In this document: positions 38,746 to 51,129 of the stretch, piece after piece | How positions within the stretch are numbered: position 1 is the first letter of the stretch | Layout of the letters: each line of letters begins with the position of its first letter | Origin: Acidobacteriota bacterium | GTDB taxonomy: Bacteria > Acidobacteriota > UBA4820 > DSQY01 | Length of the DNA stretch: 64,000 bases | Assembly: GCA_049967655.1 (NCBI GenBank) | Contig: JBMFSH010000007.1 | Coordinates: 32,001-96,000 of the forward strand | Direction of reading: 5' to 3' | Notes under the pieces: generated by a model | The model's database searches: none | The model's input: only the letters and a program-made list of their open reading frames with translations | What the model was told of the DNA's origin: nothing | Position numbers and translations under genes: made by a program

Positions 38746-40266
38746 ATGATCAAGACGGACGAGATCAGCAGGATTCTGAAGGCCCAGCTCGAAGGATACG
38801 AAACGAAGCTGGACGTGGCGGAGGTGGGCTACGTGACCTCCGTGGGCGACGGCATTGCCCGGATCTACGGTCTGGAGAAGGTCATGGCCGGTGAATTGCT
38901 CGCCTTCCCGGGCGACATGTTCGGCATGGCCCTCAACCTGGAAGAGGACAGCGTGGGCGCCGTGCTCATGGGCGAGACGGATAAGATCCGTGAGGGGGAC
39001 GAGGTCCGGCGCACCAAGCAAATCATGTCGGTGCCGGTGACCGAGGCGATGATCGGACGAGTCATCGATCCCATCGGGCAGGTGCAGGACGGTCGGGGGC
39101 CCATCGAATCCACCGAGCGCTACCCGATCGAGAGAATCGCCCCGGGCATCGTCCAGCGGGAGCCCGTCAAGGTGCCGCTGCAGACGGGCATTAAGCCCAT
39201 CGATGCCATGATTCCCATCGGCAGAGGCCAGCGCGAGCTGATCATAGGCGATCGCCAGACGGGCAAGACCGCCGTAGCGCTGGACACCATCATCAACCAG
39301 AAGGGTAAAGGGGTGATCTGCATCTACGTGGCCATCGGGCAGAAGCGCTCGACGGTCGCGCAGGTGGTGAAGACGCTGGAGGACTACGGGGCCATGGAAC
39401 ACACCATCGTGGTGTCGGCCTCGGCCTCGGAGCCGGCTTCGCTTCAGTACATCGCCCCGTATGCAGGCTGCGCCATCGGCGAGTATTTCATGCACAAGGG
39501 GGGTCACGTGCTCTGCGTGTACGACGACCTCTCGAAGCACGCCGCGGCCTACCGCGAGATCTCGCTGCTCCTCCGGCGTCCGCCGGGCCGCGAAGCCTAC
39601 CCGGGCGACGTGTTCTATCTGCACTCCCGGCTGCTGGAGCGCGCGGCTAAGCTGAGCGAGAAGCAGGGCGGCGGATCGCTAACGGCCCTGCCCATCATCG
39701 AGACGCAGGCGGGGGATGTGTCGGCCTACATCCCCACGAACGTCATCTCCATTACGGACGGGCAGATCTATCTGGAGAGCGACCTCTTCTACCAGGGCGT
39801 CCGTCCCGCCCTGAACGTGGGCATCTCCGTAAGCCGCGTGGGAGGAAACGCGCAGATCAAGGCCATGAAATCCGTGGCGGGGACCCTGCGCCTCGAACTG
39901 GCGCAGTATCGCGAGCTCGCGGCCTTCGCCCAATTCGGGTCGGACCTGGACAAGGGCACGCAGGCGCAACTGAACCGTGGCGCACGCCTGGTTGAGATCC
40001 TAAAGCAGGACCAGTACCAGCCCCTGGACGTAATCAAGCAGATCGCCATCATCTACGCGGGCACGCACGCCTGGCTCGATGACTTGGCAGTGAGCGAGTG
40101 CCGGACGTTCGAGGCCGGGCTCTACAAGTACCTGGACCTGAACGGCCAGGCCTGGATGGAGGCCCTGCGTGAGAAGAAGGTGCTCGACGAGACGCTGACG
40201 GCTCAGCTGGAGGAGCTTCTGAAGTCCTTCAAGCACCAGTATGTGAAAGAACGGGAAGCGAAGTGA
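38746..40266 (+). CDS. atpA: ATP synthase subunit alpha
   Basis: [50 protein letters not shown]. Confidence 0.99.
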   Translation: MIKTDEISRILKAQLEGYETKLDVAEVGYVTSVGDGIARIYGLEKVMAGELLAFPGDMFGMALNLEEDSVGAVLMGETDKIREGDEVRRTKQIMSVPVTEAMIGRVIDPIGQVQDGRGPIESTERYPIERIAPGIVQREPVKVPLQTGIKPIDAMIPIGRGQRELIIGDRQTGKTAVALDTIINQKGKGVICIYVAIGQKRSTVAQVVKTLEDYGAMEHTIVVSASASEPASLQYIAPYAGCAIGEYFMHKGGHVLCVYDDLSKHAAAYREISLLLRRPPGREAYPGDVFYLHSRLLERAAKLSEKQGGGSLTALPIIETQAGDVSAYIPTNVISITDGQIYLESDLFYQGVRPALNVGISVSRVGGNAQIKAMKSVAGTLRLELAQYRELAAFAQFGSDLDKGTQAQLNRGARLVEILKQDQYQPLDVIKQIAIIYAGTHAWLDDLAVSECRTFEAGLYKYLDLNGQAWMEALREKKVLDETLTAQLEELLKSFKHQYVKEREAK

Positions 40267-40269
40267 GCC

Positions 40270-41133
40270 ATGCCCAACCTGCGCGACATTAGGCGCCGTA
40301 TCCGCTCGGTGCAGAACACCCAGCAGATCACCAAGGCCATGAAGATGGTGGCCGCGGCGAAGCTGCGGCGTTCCCAGGAGCGGATGTTTGCAGCCAGGCC
40401 CTACGCGAACAAGATGCTCGAGGTCCTCAACTCGCTGGCCAGCCGAGCGCAACAGAGCGTCCACCCGCTGCTTGACATGCGGCCGGAGGAGCGCGTGTTG
40501 GTGGTGGTGGTGACGGCGGACCGGGGCCTGTGCGGAGCGTTTAACACCAATATTCAACGCCACGCAGGCCGGTTTCTGAGGGAGCTGGCTCAGGAAGGCA
40601 AGGAGATCACGCTGGCCTGTGTCGGCAGGAAGGGCCGGGAGTTTTTCCGCCGACGGGAATTCACCATCGCCCAGAGCTGGGTGGGGATCTTCAACAAGAT
40701 CCGGTATGAGGACGCCAGCGAGATGGCGGAGTATCTGAGCGGTCTCTACACGGAGAAGAGGGTCGACGCCATCTATTTGATATACAACGAATTCAAGAGC
40801 GTCATCGCACAGCGGATCGTGACGGAGAAGCTCTTGCCCATCCCGCGGCTCACCTTCGAGGAGCCGACGGTGATGGAGGACTACCTGTACGAACCTACGG
40901 AGCGGGAGCTGTTCGAGACGCTTCTGCCGAGGCACGTGGCGTTCCAGGTGTATCGCTCCGTTCTCGAGTCGGCCGCGGCGGAGCACGGCGCCCGCATGAC
41001 GGCCATGGAGAGCGCCACCAACAACGCGCGGGACATGATCGACCGGCTTACGCTGTACGCGAACCGAGTTCGTCAGGCGGCGATCACCAAAGAGATTATC
41101 GAGGTCGTGAGCGGGGCCCAGGCCCTCGGGTGA
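40270..41133 (+). CDS. atpG: ATP synthase subunit gamma
   Basis: ITKAMKMVAAAK, DRGLCGAFN, RQAAITKEIIEVVSGA. Confidence 0.98.
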   Translation: MPNLRDIRRRIRSVQNTQQITKAMKMVAAAKLRRSQERMFAARPYANKMLEVLNSLASRAQQSVHPLLDMRPEERVLVVVVTADRGLCGAFNTNIQRHAGRFLRELAQEGKEITLACVGRKGREFFRRREFTIAQSWVGIFNKIRYEDASEMAEYLSGLYTEKRVDAIYLIYNEFKSVIAQRIVTEKLLPIPRLTFEEPTVMEDYLYEPTERELFETLLPRHVAFQVYRSVLESAAAEHGARMTAMESATNNARDMIDRLTLYANRVRQAAITKEIIEVVSGAQALG

Positions 41134-42588
<1,455 letters not shown>

Positions 42589-42594
42589 GGGGCG

Positions 42595-43023
42595 ATGGCA
42601 CAATTCACGTTGCCCACCAAGATCACGCTGAACATCGTCACTCCGGAAAGAAACGTCGTCTGCGAGGTGATCGACGAGGTCGTGTTACCGGGCACTTTGG
42701 GCTATCTGGGGGCGTTGCCGGGCCACACGCCGCTCTTGACTTCGCTCAAGATTGGTGAAATAAAATATAGGGTTGGAAGCCAGTGGCGGTACCTCTGCGT
42801 GTCCTGGGGATTCGTGGAGATTCTGCCCGACCGTGTGACGGTGCTCGCCGACATCGCCGAACCCGCCGAAGAGATCGACGTGGAGAGGGCGCGGGAGGCG
42901 AAGGCCTCCGCGGAGAAGCGGCTGAAGAACCCGGATGCAGAGTTTCTCCAGGAGCAGATTGCCCTGGAACAGGCCTTGATTCGGTTGCAAGTGGCCGCGA
43001 AGGCAGCGCGGACCCCTTCGTGA
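42595..43023 (+). CDS. atpC: ATP synthase subunit epsilon
   Basis: IVTPE, LPGHTPL, GFVEI, EEIDVERA. Confidence 0.95.
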   Translation: MAQFTLPTKITLNIVTPERNVVCEVIDEVVLPGTLGYLGALPGHTPLLTSLKIGEIKYRVGSQWRYLCVSWGFVEILPDRVTVLADIAEPAEEIDVERAREAKASAEKRLKNPDAEFLQEQIALEQALIRLQVAAKAARTPS

Positions 43024-43049
43024 CCCCCCCTTGAGAGTGAGAACGGCTC

Positions 43050-43187
43050 ATGAAGAGAACCTACCAGCCCAACAGGCATCGCCGAGCCAAGACGCACGGC
43101 TTCCGTGCGCGCATGGCTACCAAGGGCGGGCGTGAAGTCCTTGCCCGTAGGCGGGCGAAAGGGAGATGGCGTCTCACGCCTGCGTAA
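43050..43187 (+). CDS. rpmH: 50S ribosomal protein L34 (absent from the ORF track)
   Basis: [45 protein letters not shown]. Confidence 0.97.
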   Translation: MKRTYQPNRHRRAKTHGFRARMATKGGREVLARRRAKGRWRLTPA

Positions 43188-43558
43188 CGCCCCGGACCGG
43201 ATCCTTTCGAAAAGAAGACAGGGTTCGAAAGCGGCACGAATACCTGGAGAGCTATCGGCGGTGTAAGCCCATGCACACCGCGCATTTGGTGTTTTACGCC
43301 CGGCCCGAGGAGGGCGGGCGGCGCCGGTTTGGGTGTACGGTGCCGAAGAAGGTCGGAAAGGCGGTGACGCGAAACCGCCTGAAGCGCCTCTTCAGGGAGG
43401 CCTTCCGGAAGACGCGCCAGACGTTGCCGGAGGGGTGCGTACTGATCGTGAATGCAAAGCGGTCCGCCGCGGACATGGGCCACCAAGAGGTGCTGGAAGC
43501 CTTCCAGAAGATCAGCGCGCGGCTGGCCGAGGAGGGATATCCCCCGTGCGAGCCGTGA
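43166..43558 (+). CDS. rnpA: RNase P protein component (start uncertain)
   Basis: [25 protein letters not shown]. Confidence 0.93.
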   Translation: MASHACVTPRTGSFRKEDRVRKRHEYLESYRRCKPMHTAHLVFYARPEEGGRRRFGCTVPKKVGKAVTRNRLKRLFREAFRKTRQTLPEGCVLIVNAKRSAADMGHQEVLEAFQKISARLAEEGYPPCEP

Positions 43559-43779
43559 TGCTCTTCCTGATCCGGCTCTACCAGTGGACCTTGAGCCCCT
43601 GGCTGGGGGGAGCCTGCCGTTTTTACCCGTCGTGCTCGGAGTACGCCTATCGGGCGGTCTCCGAATACGGCGCGATGAAAGGCGGGTGGATGGGGATTCG
43701 GCGTGTGTTGAGGTGCAATCCCTTCTGCGAAGGCGGTTACGACCCTGTTCCGGCGTCGGCCGGAAAACGGAGCAAGTAG
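43546..43779 (+). CDS. yidD: Membrane protein insertion efficiency factor
   Basis: IRLYQ..LSP..CRFYPSCSEYA..RVLRCNPF..GGYDPVP; GTG start after GGAGGG. Confidence 0.95.
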   Translation: MRAVMLFLIRLYQWTLSPWLGGACRFYPSCSEYAYRAVSEYGAMKGGWMGIRRVLRCNPFCEGGYDPVPASAGKRSK

Positions 43780-45540
43780 ATGGAGCAGCTAGGACAGGAC
43801 GACCCGCACAGCGGAAGGAACATGCTCTGGGCCACGCTGATCATGGCGGTGATCTTCATCGCGTGGGCGTACTTCATATCCGCGCCGCCTGCGAATGGGC
43901 CCTCGGAGGCGAAGCCGGCAGAGAAGGCCGCGGTGGTGAGCAAGCCAGAGGGGAAGGAGCCGGTTGCGGCGCCGTCGTCTATGCTGCCGGGAGGCGGTCA
44001 GCCCTTGGCGGACAGTGCTCCACGCACCTATACCGTGAGCAACGGTGAGCTTGAACTGCAGGTGAGCAACCGGGGTGCCCTGCTGAGCAAGGTGTTGCTC
44101 CTGAAGTACAGGGAAAAGGGGGGCAAGGCCAGTGATCTGGTGTCGCCCCTGTCGGCCGCTACGGGCAGGCTGCCCCTGGCAATTCAAACGGGCGACAAGA
44201 CCTACGACGAGCTCGTCAATTCGGCCCTGTTCCACGTGGAACAGAGGGAGCGGAAGGGCGGGGGGAGCTCCCTGGCCATGAGCTGGTCCGACGGCAAGGG
44301 AGATGCGGTCGAAAAGAATCTGGACCTGCCCGCCTCCGGGTACGCGGTCCATTTCTTTATCAAGGCGTTCAAGGCCGGCACGCCGATGGATCCCGTTCCC
44401 CTGGTATGGGGCCCGGGTTTCGGGCGCCTGCTCGCGAGCGAAGCGAAGAACCGCTACTACCAGCAGGAATACGTGGGTGTTTCCGAAGGCGGGGGTTTCG
44501 AGAAGATAGTGCGGGGAAAGGTCAGCGCTGAAAAGAGCACGGCGGTGGATGAGCTGGGCGCAAAGGGGCCCATCGCGTGGGCCGCAATCACGGACAACTA
44601 CTTCGGGGCGATCTTCGCTCCTGACTCCCCGATGCCGTGGGCCAAGGTGGAGACCCAATGGCTCACTCCGGAGGAGCGGAAGGTCCATCCGACGGATTCG
44701 GACATCAGCCTCGTTGTCGGATTCCCGGGGAGCGGGAAGCTGTACCTGATCCCCAAGGAATGGCACCTGCTGTCCGGCATGGGCGACCATTTCTACAAGC
44801 TCACCGACTGGGGAATCCTGGGGCCGTTCTGCGCGATTTTGTTGTGGGGGCTCAAGAAGCTCTACGCCCTGAGCGGGAACTACGGGATCGCCATCCTTCT
44901 GCTGACGCTCGTGATCAAGCTGGCTTTCTACCCTCTCACCCAGCGCTCCATGGTCAAGATGAAAGAGATGGGAGAGGGCATGAAGCGGCTCAAGCCGCAG
45001 ATTGACCGGATCAAGAGCAAGTACAAGAAGCTGCCGAAGGATATGAGCAATCGCACCAAAATGAACGAGGAGATGATGGCCCTCTATCAGCGGGAGGGCA
45101 TCAACCCCCTCTCGGGCATGGGGGGATGCCTGCCCATGCTGCTGCAGATGCCGGTCTTCTTTGCCCTCTTCGAACTTCTGCCGAGAGCCATCGAGCTGAG
45201 AGGAGCCCCCTTTTTCGGCTGGATTCACGACCTGTCGTCGCCCGATCCGTACTACATCGCGCCCATCATCATGGGCTTGTCCATGGTGCTGTCAACCAGG
45301 ATGACGGCTACGCAGGGGATGGAGGGGCCGCAGAAGCTCATGCTGTGGTTCCTGCCGATCATGTTCACGTGGTTCTGTCTGTGGGCTCCCGCCGGGCTGA
45401 CGCTCTACTGGCTCGCCAACAACCTTCTGACCATGGGACAGCAGGCAATCATCAACAGGCAGGTGGCGCAGAGGAAGGAGGCCGTCGCGAAGGCCAGGAA
45501 GTCGACACCAAAGGGGCCATCGAAGCCGTCCCATGCCTGA
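43780..45540 (+). CDS. yidC: Membrane protein insertase
   Basis: GNYGIAILLLTLVIK, GGCLPMLLQMPVF, WIHDLSSPDPYY, GLTLYW. Confidence 0.96.
   Translation: MEQLGQDDPHSGRNMLWATLIMAVIFIAWAYFISAPPANGPSEAKPAEKAAVVSKPEGKEPVAAPSSMLPGGGQPLADSAPRTYTVSNGELELQVSNRGALLSKVLLLKYREKGGKASDLVSPLSAATGRLPLAIQTGDKTYDELVNSALFHVEQRERKGGGSSLAMSWSDGKGDAVEKNLDLPASGYAVHFFIKAFKAGTPMDPVPLVWGPGFGRLLASEAKNRYYQQEYVGVSEGGGFEKIVRGKVSAEKSTAVDELGAKGPIAWAAITDNYFGAIFAPDSPMPWAKVETQWLTPEERKVHPTDSDISLVVGFPGSGKLYLIPKEWHLLSGMGDHFYKLTDWGILGPFCAILLWGLKKLYALSGNYGIAILLLTLVIKLAFYPLTQRSMVKMKEMGEGMKRLKPQIDRIKSKYKKLPKDMSNRTKMNEEMMALYQREGINPLSGMGGCLPMLLQMPVFFALFELLPRAIELRGAPFFGWIHDLSSPDPYYIAPIIMGLSMVLSTRMTATQGMEGPQKLMLWFLPIMFTWFCLWAPAGLTLYWLANNLLTMGQQAIINRQVAQRKEAVAKARKSTPKGPSKPSHA
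44228..44243. promoter_or_regulatory. parS centromere site (inside yidC)
   Basis: Perfect palindrome TGTTCCACGTGGAACA. Confidence 0.9.
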
Positions 45541-46870
45541 GCTGACCGATACCATCGTGGCCGAGGCCACTCCTCCCGGACGGGGCTCCGTACGGGTGAT
45601 CCGAATCAGCGGTTCCGCGGCGGCCGCCCTCCTTGGGGCGGCCTTCGTGGCTTCGGGGGTGGGGCCGGTGGAGAGGCCGAGACGCCTCTGCCTCGGGAGT
45701 CTGTTGACGGCCTCGGGCGAGGTGCTGGACCGTGCTCTGGCCGTGTGGTTCCCGGGCCCGCGCTCCCTAACCGGAGAGGATGTGGCCGAGATCCACGTGC
45801 ATGGTGGTAAGGGGATCGTGCGCGGTGGGTTGGAGTGCCTTGAAAGGTTCGGCGGGCGCATGGCTCTTCCCGGTGAGTTCTCCTATCGCGCCTACCTGAA
45901 CGGGAAGCTCTCACTGCTAGAGGCGGAGGCCGTCAACGCGCTCGTGGAGGCAGAGGGCGCAGCGCAGGCCGTGCGCATCGGCGGCTTGAGCGGTCGACTC
46001 GGCGAGGAGCTAGCCAGGCTGCGATCGGAACTGCTCTGCCTCAGGGCCGATTGGGAGGCGCGCATTGATTTTCCGGAAGAGACGGAAGAGGGCGGCCCCG
46101 ATCGAAAGCAAGTGGAGCCATTGCTGGAGAAGCTGTCGCGTTTGGAGGCGGATGGCAGGGCCGTAAGGTTCCTGAGAGAGGGATGGCGGATAGCGCTGGT
46201 GGGCCGGGTCAATACCGGGAAGTCCTCGCTTTTCAATGCCCTCCTCAAGAGGGATCGGGCCCTGGTAACGCCGCATCCCGGTACGACGCGAGACGTAATT
46301 GAAGAATCGATCGAAGTGGGAGGATACGCGCTGGTCCTGCAGGATACCGCCGGGGTTCGCGCGGCCTGTGATCCTGTGGAGGCAGCCGGAGTGGAACGAA
46401 GCCGCGAGACGGCCGGGCAGGCTGACGGGACGCTCTTTGTCTACGACGCTGCCGAGGGATGGAACTCCGAGGATGAAGGCCTTCTCGCTGAGTTAGAAAG
46501 GCCACCGCTAGCCATTCTTGCGAACAAGCGAGACCTACCGGAGAGCGGACGGCGCCGCGAGGGAGCCCTCAGGGTCAGCGCGAAGACGGGCGAGGGGCTG
46601 AAAGAGGTGCGCGATCTCCTCGAGAGCTGGATGGAGCGGTCCCTGCCTCGAGGCATCGCGGCGCTCGTCAGCGAACGCCAGGTGGAGGCCGTTCGGAGGG
46701 CCGCCGATGGCTGCCGGGAGGCCATGCAAGCGTTGGAGGCCGGCCATTCCGAAGAGGTGGCCCTGCAGGAGCTGGGACGCGCCCAGCGCGCCATGGATGA
46801 TTTGCTGGGCGGTGGCGGCGCCGAAGAGTTGTACGACGCCATCTTTTCCCGATTTTGCATAGGGAAGTAG
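45533..46870 (+). CDS. mnmE: tRNA modification GTPase
   Basis: DTIVAEATPPG, TGEDVAEIHVHGG, GRVNTGKSS, GTTRD, DTAG, NKRD, C-terminal FCIGK. Confidence 0.96.
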   Translation: MPELTDTIVAEATPPGRGSVRVIRISGSAAAALLGAAFVASGVGPVERPRRLCLGSLLTASGEVLDRALAVWFPGPRSLTGEDVAEIHVHGGKGIVRGGLECLERFGGRMALPGEFSYRAYLNGKLSLLEAEAVNALVEAEGAAQAVRIGGLSGRLGEELARLRSELLCLRADWEARIDFPEETEEGGPDRKQVEPLLEKLSRLEADGRAVRFLREGWRIALVGRVNTGKSSLFNALLKRDRALVTPHPGTTRDVIEESIEVGGYALVLQDTAGVRAACDPVEAAGVERSRETAGQADGTLFVYDAAEGWNSEDEGLLAELERPPLAILANKRDLPESGRRREGALRVSAKTGEGLKEVRDLLESWMERSLPRGIAALVSERQVEAVRRAADGCREAMQALEAGHSEEVALQELGRAQRAMDDLLGGGGAEELYDAIFSRFCIGK

Positions 46871-46874
46871 TTTT

Positions 46875-46996
46875 CCCCGATCCCGCGATGGATCGGGGGG
46901 CAAGGGAATGGCCCTCCCCGTCCAGGAGACAACGCCGTTCCCCGGTGAACGCGAGCGGTAGCCGGAGGCACCTACGTTTCCATCGCGGAATGTGGG
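46875..46996 (-). mobile_element. MITE, short copy (122 bp), inverted relative to 6270-6583
   Basis: Ends CCCCGATCCCGCGATGGA / TCCATCGCGGAATGTGGG; GTTTT at 46870-46874 and 46997-47001; 95/104 identity to 6270-6373 by manual count. Confidence 0.88.
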
Positions 46997-47014
46997 GTTT
47001 TGGGAGAGTGGGCC

Positions 47015-48865
47015 GTGGGCGGAACGCTTGGATTCGAAGCGACTGTGGTTGGCGGGGGGCACGCGGGCGTTGAGGCCGCCTCGGTTCTGGCCAGGAAGGG
47101 CGTGGCCACCGCGCTGGTGACCGATTCGTTGGACTCCATCGCGCTGATGTCCTGCAATCCCTCCATCGGCGGCATCGGTAAGGGGCACCTCGTGCGGGAG
47201 CTGGACGCTCTGGGCGGGCTCATGGCGAAAGCGGCCGACGCTACGGGAATTCATTTCCGGCTCCTCAATGCGAGCAAAGGTCCGGCCGTACAGGGACTCA
47301 GGAGCCAGAACGACAGGCGGGCCTACCAGCGGGAAGTGAGGCGCATGCTGGAGGGAACGCCCCATCTCACTCTGATCGAGGGCCGCGCCGTCGAACTGCA
47401 AGTGGAGAGGGGCTCCGTGACAGGGGTTGGGCTCGCAGACGGGCGCTGGCTGGAATGCACCAAAATCGTGCTGTGCGCGGGTACCTTCCTGAACGCCGTC
47501 ATGCACGCGGGCCGGGAACGCATCGCGGGAGGACGGTTGGGAGAGTTTTCGGCGGAAGCCCTGGCAAAGACCCTCGCGCGAATCGGACTCGCCATGCGGC
47601 GCTTCAAGACGGGGACGCCGCCGCGACTGGCGAGGGGTTCCATTCGGTGGGAGGCTCTGGAGGGCCAGGCGGGGGATGCTGAGCCTGAACCCTTTTCGAT
47701 TCACAGTTCGCCCTTTCCGGTTCTGCCGCAGCGCGTATGCCACGTGACCCGAACCACTGCGGAGGTGGCTCGGATCATTCGTGCCAACCTAGACCGTTCT
47801 CCCCTCTTCTCCGGCGTCATCAAGGGCGCGGGACCGCGCTATTGCCCATCCATCGAGGACAAGATAGTAAAATTTCCCCACCACGAGAGCCATCTCGTTT
47901 TTCTTGAGCCGGACGGGGTCGATTCGGACGAGATATACCCGAACGGAATATCTACATCGCTGCCGAAGGACGTCCAGGAAGCCATCGTGCGCGCCATCCC
48001 GGGCCTGGAGAGAGCCGTGTTCCTGCGGTACGGCTATGCCGTGGAGTACGATTTCATGGACCCCGGTGGGCTCTACCCGACGCTGGAATCCAAGGCGGTG
48101 CGCGGCCTCTACCTCGCCGGCCAGGTCAATGGCACCACCGGTTACGAAGAGGCGGCGGCCCAGGGCTTCTGGGCCGGGTTGAACGCGGCAAGGGCTCTGC
48201 GCCGGGAGCCCCCCTTCCTGCCCGGCCGTGACCAGGCGTACGCCGCGGTTCTCGTGGATGATCTGGTGACGAGGGGAGTGCTCGAGCCCTACCGGATGTT
48301 CACGTCGAGGGCCGAATGTCGACTCTTGCTGGATCGCCACAGCGCCTATCGCAGGCTAAGCCCGCTCACGGAGGGCGACCGCCTTCGCAGCCCCGAGGAG
48401 GAGGAGCGCATCCGGGCGCGCGAACGCGCGGTGGGAATGCTCCTGGAGCACGTGTCGCGGCACAGCGTGATGATGGGCGGCGAGGCCGTCAGCTTGAAAC
48501 GCCTTCTGGCCAGACCTGAAACGAGCTATCGCGATCTGTTCCCCTTTCTTGAGCGGGTTGAACGGCCCTCAAGGTCGGTCGGTCTCTACCTGGAGTCGGA
48601 GGTCAAGGGAGAGGGCTACCGGGAGCGCGAGCAGGCGCTGGCGCGGAGGACGCGGGATGCATTCGCCATGCGGATTCCGGAGCACTTCCGATACGAAGGG
48701 GTCCCGGGGCTGAGCGCGGAGATGGTCGACCGCCTGAGAGCGGTGGCGCCGCGAACGCTGGCGCAGGCGGCCCGGATTCCCGGAGTTACGCCGGCGGCGC
48801 TGACGATCGTGCGCCTGACGGTGGAAGCGGCGCGAAGGGAGGCGCGTGACCGATCGGCTGGATGA
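47015..48865 (+). CDS. mnmG: tRNA U34 modification enzyme MnmG/GidA (start uncertain)
   Basis: [68 protein letters not shown]. Confidence 0.97.
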   Translation: MGGTLGFEATVVGGGHAGVEAASVLARKGVATALVTDSLDSIALMSCNPSIGGIGKGHLVRELDALGGLMAKAADATGIHFRLLNASKGPAVQGLRSQNDRRAYQREVRRMLEGTPHLTLIEGRAVELQVERGSVTGVGLADGRWLECTKIVLCAGTFLNAVMHAGRERIAGGRLGEFSAEALAKTLARIGLAMRRFKTGTPPRLARGSIRWEALEGQAGDAEPEPFSIHSSPFPVLPQRVCHVTRTTAEVARIIRANLDRSPLFSGVIKGAGPRYCPSIEDKIVKFPHHESHLVFLEPDGVDSDEIYPNGISTSLPKDVQEAIVRAIPGLERAVFLRYGYAVEYDFMDPGGLYPTLESKAVRGLYLAGQVNGTTGYEEAAAQGFWAGLNAARALRREPPFLPGRDQAYAAVLVDDLVTRGVLEPYRMFTSRAECRLLLDRHSAYRRLSPLTEGDRLRSPEEEERIRARERAVGMLLEHVSRHSVMMGGEAVSLKRLLARPETSYRDLFPFLERVERPSRSVGLYLESEVKGEGYREREQALARRTRDAFAMRIPEHFRYEGVPGLSAEMVDRLRAVAPRTLAQAARIPGVTPAALTIVRLTVEAARREARDRSAG

Positions 48866-49433
48866 GTACCTGAGACTCCTGCTGAAGTGGAACCGGCCTG
48901 CGGGGCTGACCGCCTTCGAAAACCGGGAAGAGGCGCTGGCCAAGGGTGTGATTCCCTCTCTGGCGGCCGAACCGTGGCTACGAGCGGGGTGGAGGGTGAT
49001 CGACGCCGGAAGCGGGGGAGGCTTTCCCGCCATCCCGCTGGCGCTGAAACGCCCTGATCTGCGTTGGACCCTGGTGGAGCCCAAGGCGGCCAAAGCCGCC
49101 TTTCTGCGGGAGGCGGCACGGCATCTGGGATTGGAAGCCGAGGTCATTGAGGCCTCCTTGGAGGCGCTGCTGGCTGGAAAACAGCGGCGATGGGACGCCG
49201 CAACGATGCGCGGCTTGCGACTGCGGAAAGGCCCGCTCAAGCGGCTCGTGCGGGCCTTGACGCCGGGTGGGCGCATCCTGGTGTGGAGCGCGGGTGACAG
49301 GGCGAGCGAGTACCAGCTATGGTTCGAGGAGTTCGGCCTGGCCGGCAAGACCCTCCCCACGGGCCAGCAGGGGCTGGTGCTTCTATCCGGCGATGTTCCA
49401 CGTGGAACACCCGAAGCGCCGCCCATGAGGTGA
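48846..49433 (+). CDS. rsmG: 16S rRNA G527 methyltransferase RsmG/GidB (divergent)
   Basis: LLKWN...[22 protein letters not shown]; position after mnmG. Confidence 0.88.
   Translation: MTDRLDEYLRLLLKWNRPAGLTAFENREEALAKGVIPSLAAEPWLRAGWRVIDAGSGGGFPAIPLALKRPDLRWTLVEPKAAKAAFLREAARHLGLEAEVIEASLEALLAGKQRRWDAATMRGLRLRKGPLKRLVRALTPGGRILVWSAGDRASEYQLWFEEFGLAGKTLPTGQQGLVLLSGDVPRGTPEAPPMR
49394..49409. promoter_or_regulatory. parS centromere site (3' end of rsmG, upstream of parA)
   Basis: Perfect palindrome TGTTCCACGTGGAACA. Confidence 0.92.
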
Positions 49434-49526
49434 CGGCCCGCCAGGGGCCGGCCCAGGGCGCGCGCTACCCGTCGAGGCGTTGAGCCCGACCCCGCGATGT
49501 GGTACAAACGGGTAGGAGGATACCCC

Positions 49527-50291
49527 GTGGGCCAGATCATCGCTGTAGCCAACCAAAAAGGCGGAGTCGGCAAGACCACCACCGTCATCAATCTGGGCGC
49601 TTCCCTGGCCGCCGCCGAGAAGCGGGTGCTGTTGGTGGATTTCGACCCGCAGGCCAACTGCACCTCGGGTCTTGGGTTCTCCAGGAACGGAACGGTGGCC
49701 AACGCGTACACCGTGCTCTCGGGCAACCACCCGCTGGCCGAAGCCATAGTGACCTGCGGGCTGCCGAACCTGTGGCTCCTGCCCGGGGCGATCGCGCTGG
49801 CCGGCGCGGAGGTGGAACTCGCCTCCATGGAGGATCGCGAGTTCGTGCTGCGGAGGCTCCTAGAGCCACTTCGCGACGAGTACGATTACCTTCTCGTGGA
49901 TTGCCCTCCGTCCCTCGGCCTGCTCACCCTGAACGCGCTGGTGGCAGCCGATCAAGTGCTGATTCCCATCCAGGCCGAGTACTACGCCCTGGAGGGCGTA
50001 ACCCAGCTCCTCCAGACCATTGAGCGGGTCCAGAATTCCCTGAACCCGACCCTGGGGGTGCGAGGCGTTCTCCTGACCATGGTGGACGAGCGCACCAACC
50101 TCGGACGGCAGGTGTCCAGCGAGGTCCAGCGTCACTTTGGCCGCAAGGTCTACCAGAGCTACATCCCCCGAAACGTCCGCCTCGCCGAGTCCCCCTCTTT
50201 CGGCAAGCCGGTCATCCTGTATGACATTGCCTCGCGAGGAGCGCAGAGCTACCTTCGGGTGGCCAAGGAGTTTCTGGCCCATGAATCCTAA
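49527..50291 (+). CDS. parA: Chromosome partitioning ATPase ParA/Soj
   Basis: NQKGGVGKTTT, DFDPQAN, DCPPSLGLLT, IPRNVRLAESPSFG; GTG start after AGGAGG. Confidence 0.97.
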   Translation: MGQIIAVANQKGGVGKTTTVINLGASLAAAEKRVLLVDFDPQANCTSGLGFSRNGTVANAYTVLSGNHPLAEAIVTCGLPNLWLLPGAIALAGAEVELASMEDREFVLRRLLEPLRDEYDYLLVDCPPSLGLLTLNALVAADQVLIPIQAEYYALEGVTQLLQTIERVQNSLNPTLGVRGVLLTMVDERTNLGRQVSSEVQRHFGRKVYQSYIPRNVRLAESPSFGKPVILYDIASRGAQSYLRVAKEFLAHES

Positions 50292-51129
50292 GAATGCCTT
50301 GGGGCGGGGCCTGGACGCCCTCATCGGACCTTCCGGTCCGGAGCCGCGTCGGGTGCTGGAGGTGGAGATCCACCGCCTCCGTCCCAACCCCCGCCAGCCC
50401 AGGGCCCACTTCGAGGAGGGGGCGCTCGAGGAGCTGGCGCGCTCCATCGAGGCGAACGGGCTCCTCCAGCCCATCCTCGTGCGCCCAGCGGGCGGCGAGT
50501 ATGAAATCATCGCGGGGGAGCGGCGCTGGAGGGCCGCGCAGAAGGCGGGCCTGCAGCGCGTCCCCGTGCTCGTCAAAGAGGCCGTCGATGAAGAGATGGT
50601 GGAGCTGGCCCTCGTGGAAAACCTCCAGAGGGCCGACCTCAACCCGGTCGAGGAGGCCAGGGCCTACAAGCTGCTGATTGAGGAGCTGGGACTCAAGCAG
50701 GAGGAGGTGGCCCGAAAGGTGGGGAAGGAGAGGGCCACCGTGGCCAACGCGCTACGGCTCCTCACCCTAGGTGAGACGGCCCTGCGGGCGCTCGAGGGGG
50801 GAGTGATCTCGGTGGGGCACGCCAAGGCGCTTCTGGCCCAGAGACGCCGGGAAGACCAGGAGGCCCTCCTTTCGCTCATCTTGAGCAAGGGGATCTCCGT
50901 GAGGGAGGCCGAAGCCTACCGGAAGGGGGCCAAGGAGTCGCGCAGGAAAGGTTCGCAACCGGACGCGGACACGCTGGAGGCCGCCGCCAAGCTCACCCGG
51001 CTTATGGGCTTCCCGGTGGAAATCCGCCGGAGAGGGAAGGGCGGAGAGGTAGCGGTGAGGTTCAGGGACGAGGGGGAACTCCAGACCCTCTTCGACTGGT
51101 TCCACGCCGATCTCAGGAGGACCGGATGA
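50281..51129 (+). CDS. parB: Chromosome partitioning protein ParB/Spo0J
   Basis: ALGRGLDAL, NPRQPR, GERRWRAA, ENLQRADLNPVEEA. Confidence 0.97.
   Translation: MNPKNALGRGLDALIGPSGPEPRRVLEVEIHRLRPNPRQPRAHFEEGALEELARSIEANGLLQPILVRPAGGEYEIIAGERRWRAAQKAGLQRVPVLVKEAVDEEMVELALVENLQRADLNPVEEARAYKLLIEELGLKQEEVARKVGKERATVANALRLLTLGETALRALEGGVISVGHAKALLAQRRREDQEALLSLILSKGISVREAEAYRKGAKESRRKGSQPDADTLEAAAKLTRLMGFPVEIRRRGKGGEVAVRFRDEGELQTLFDWFHADLRRTG

Noticed and set aside
43024..43049. oriC or DnaA boxes upstream of rpmH
   Set aside because: Only 26 nt separate atpC and rpmH, and no TTATCCACA-like boxes were seen
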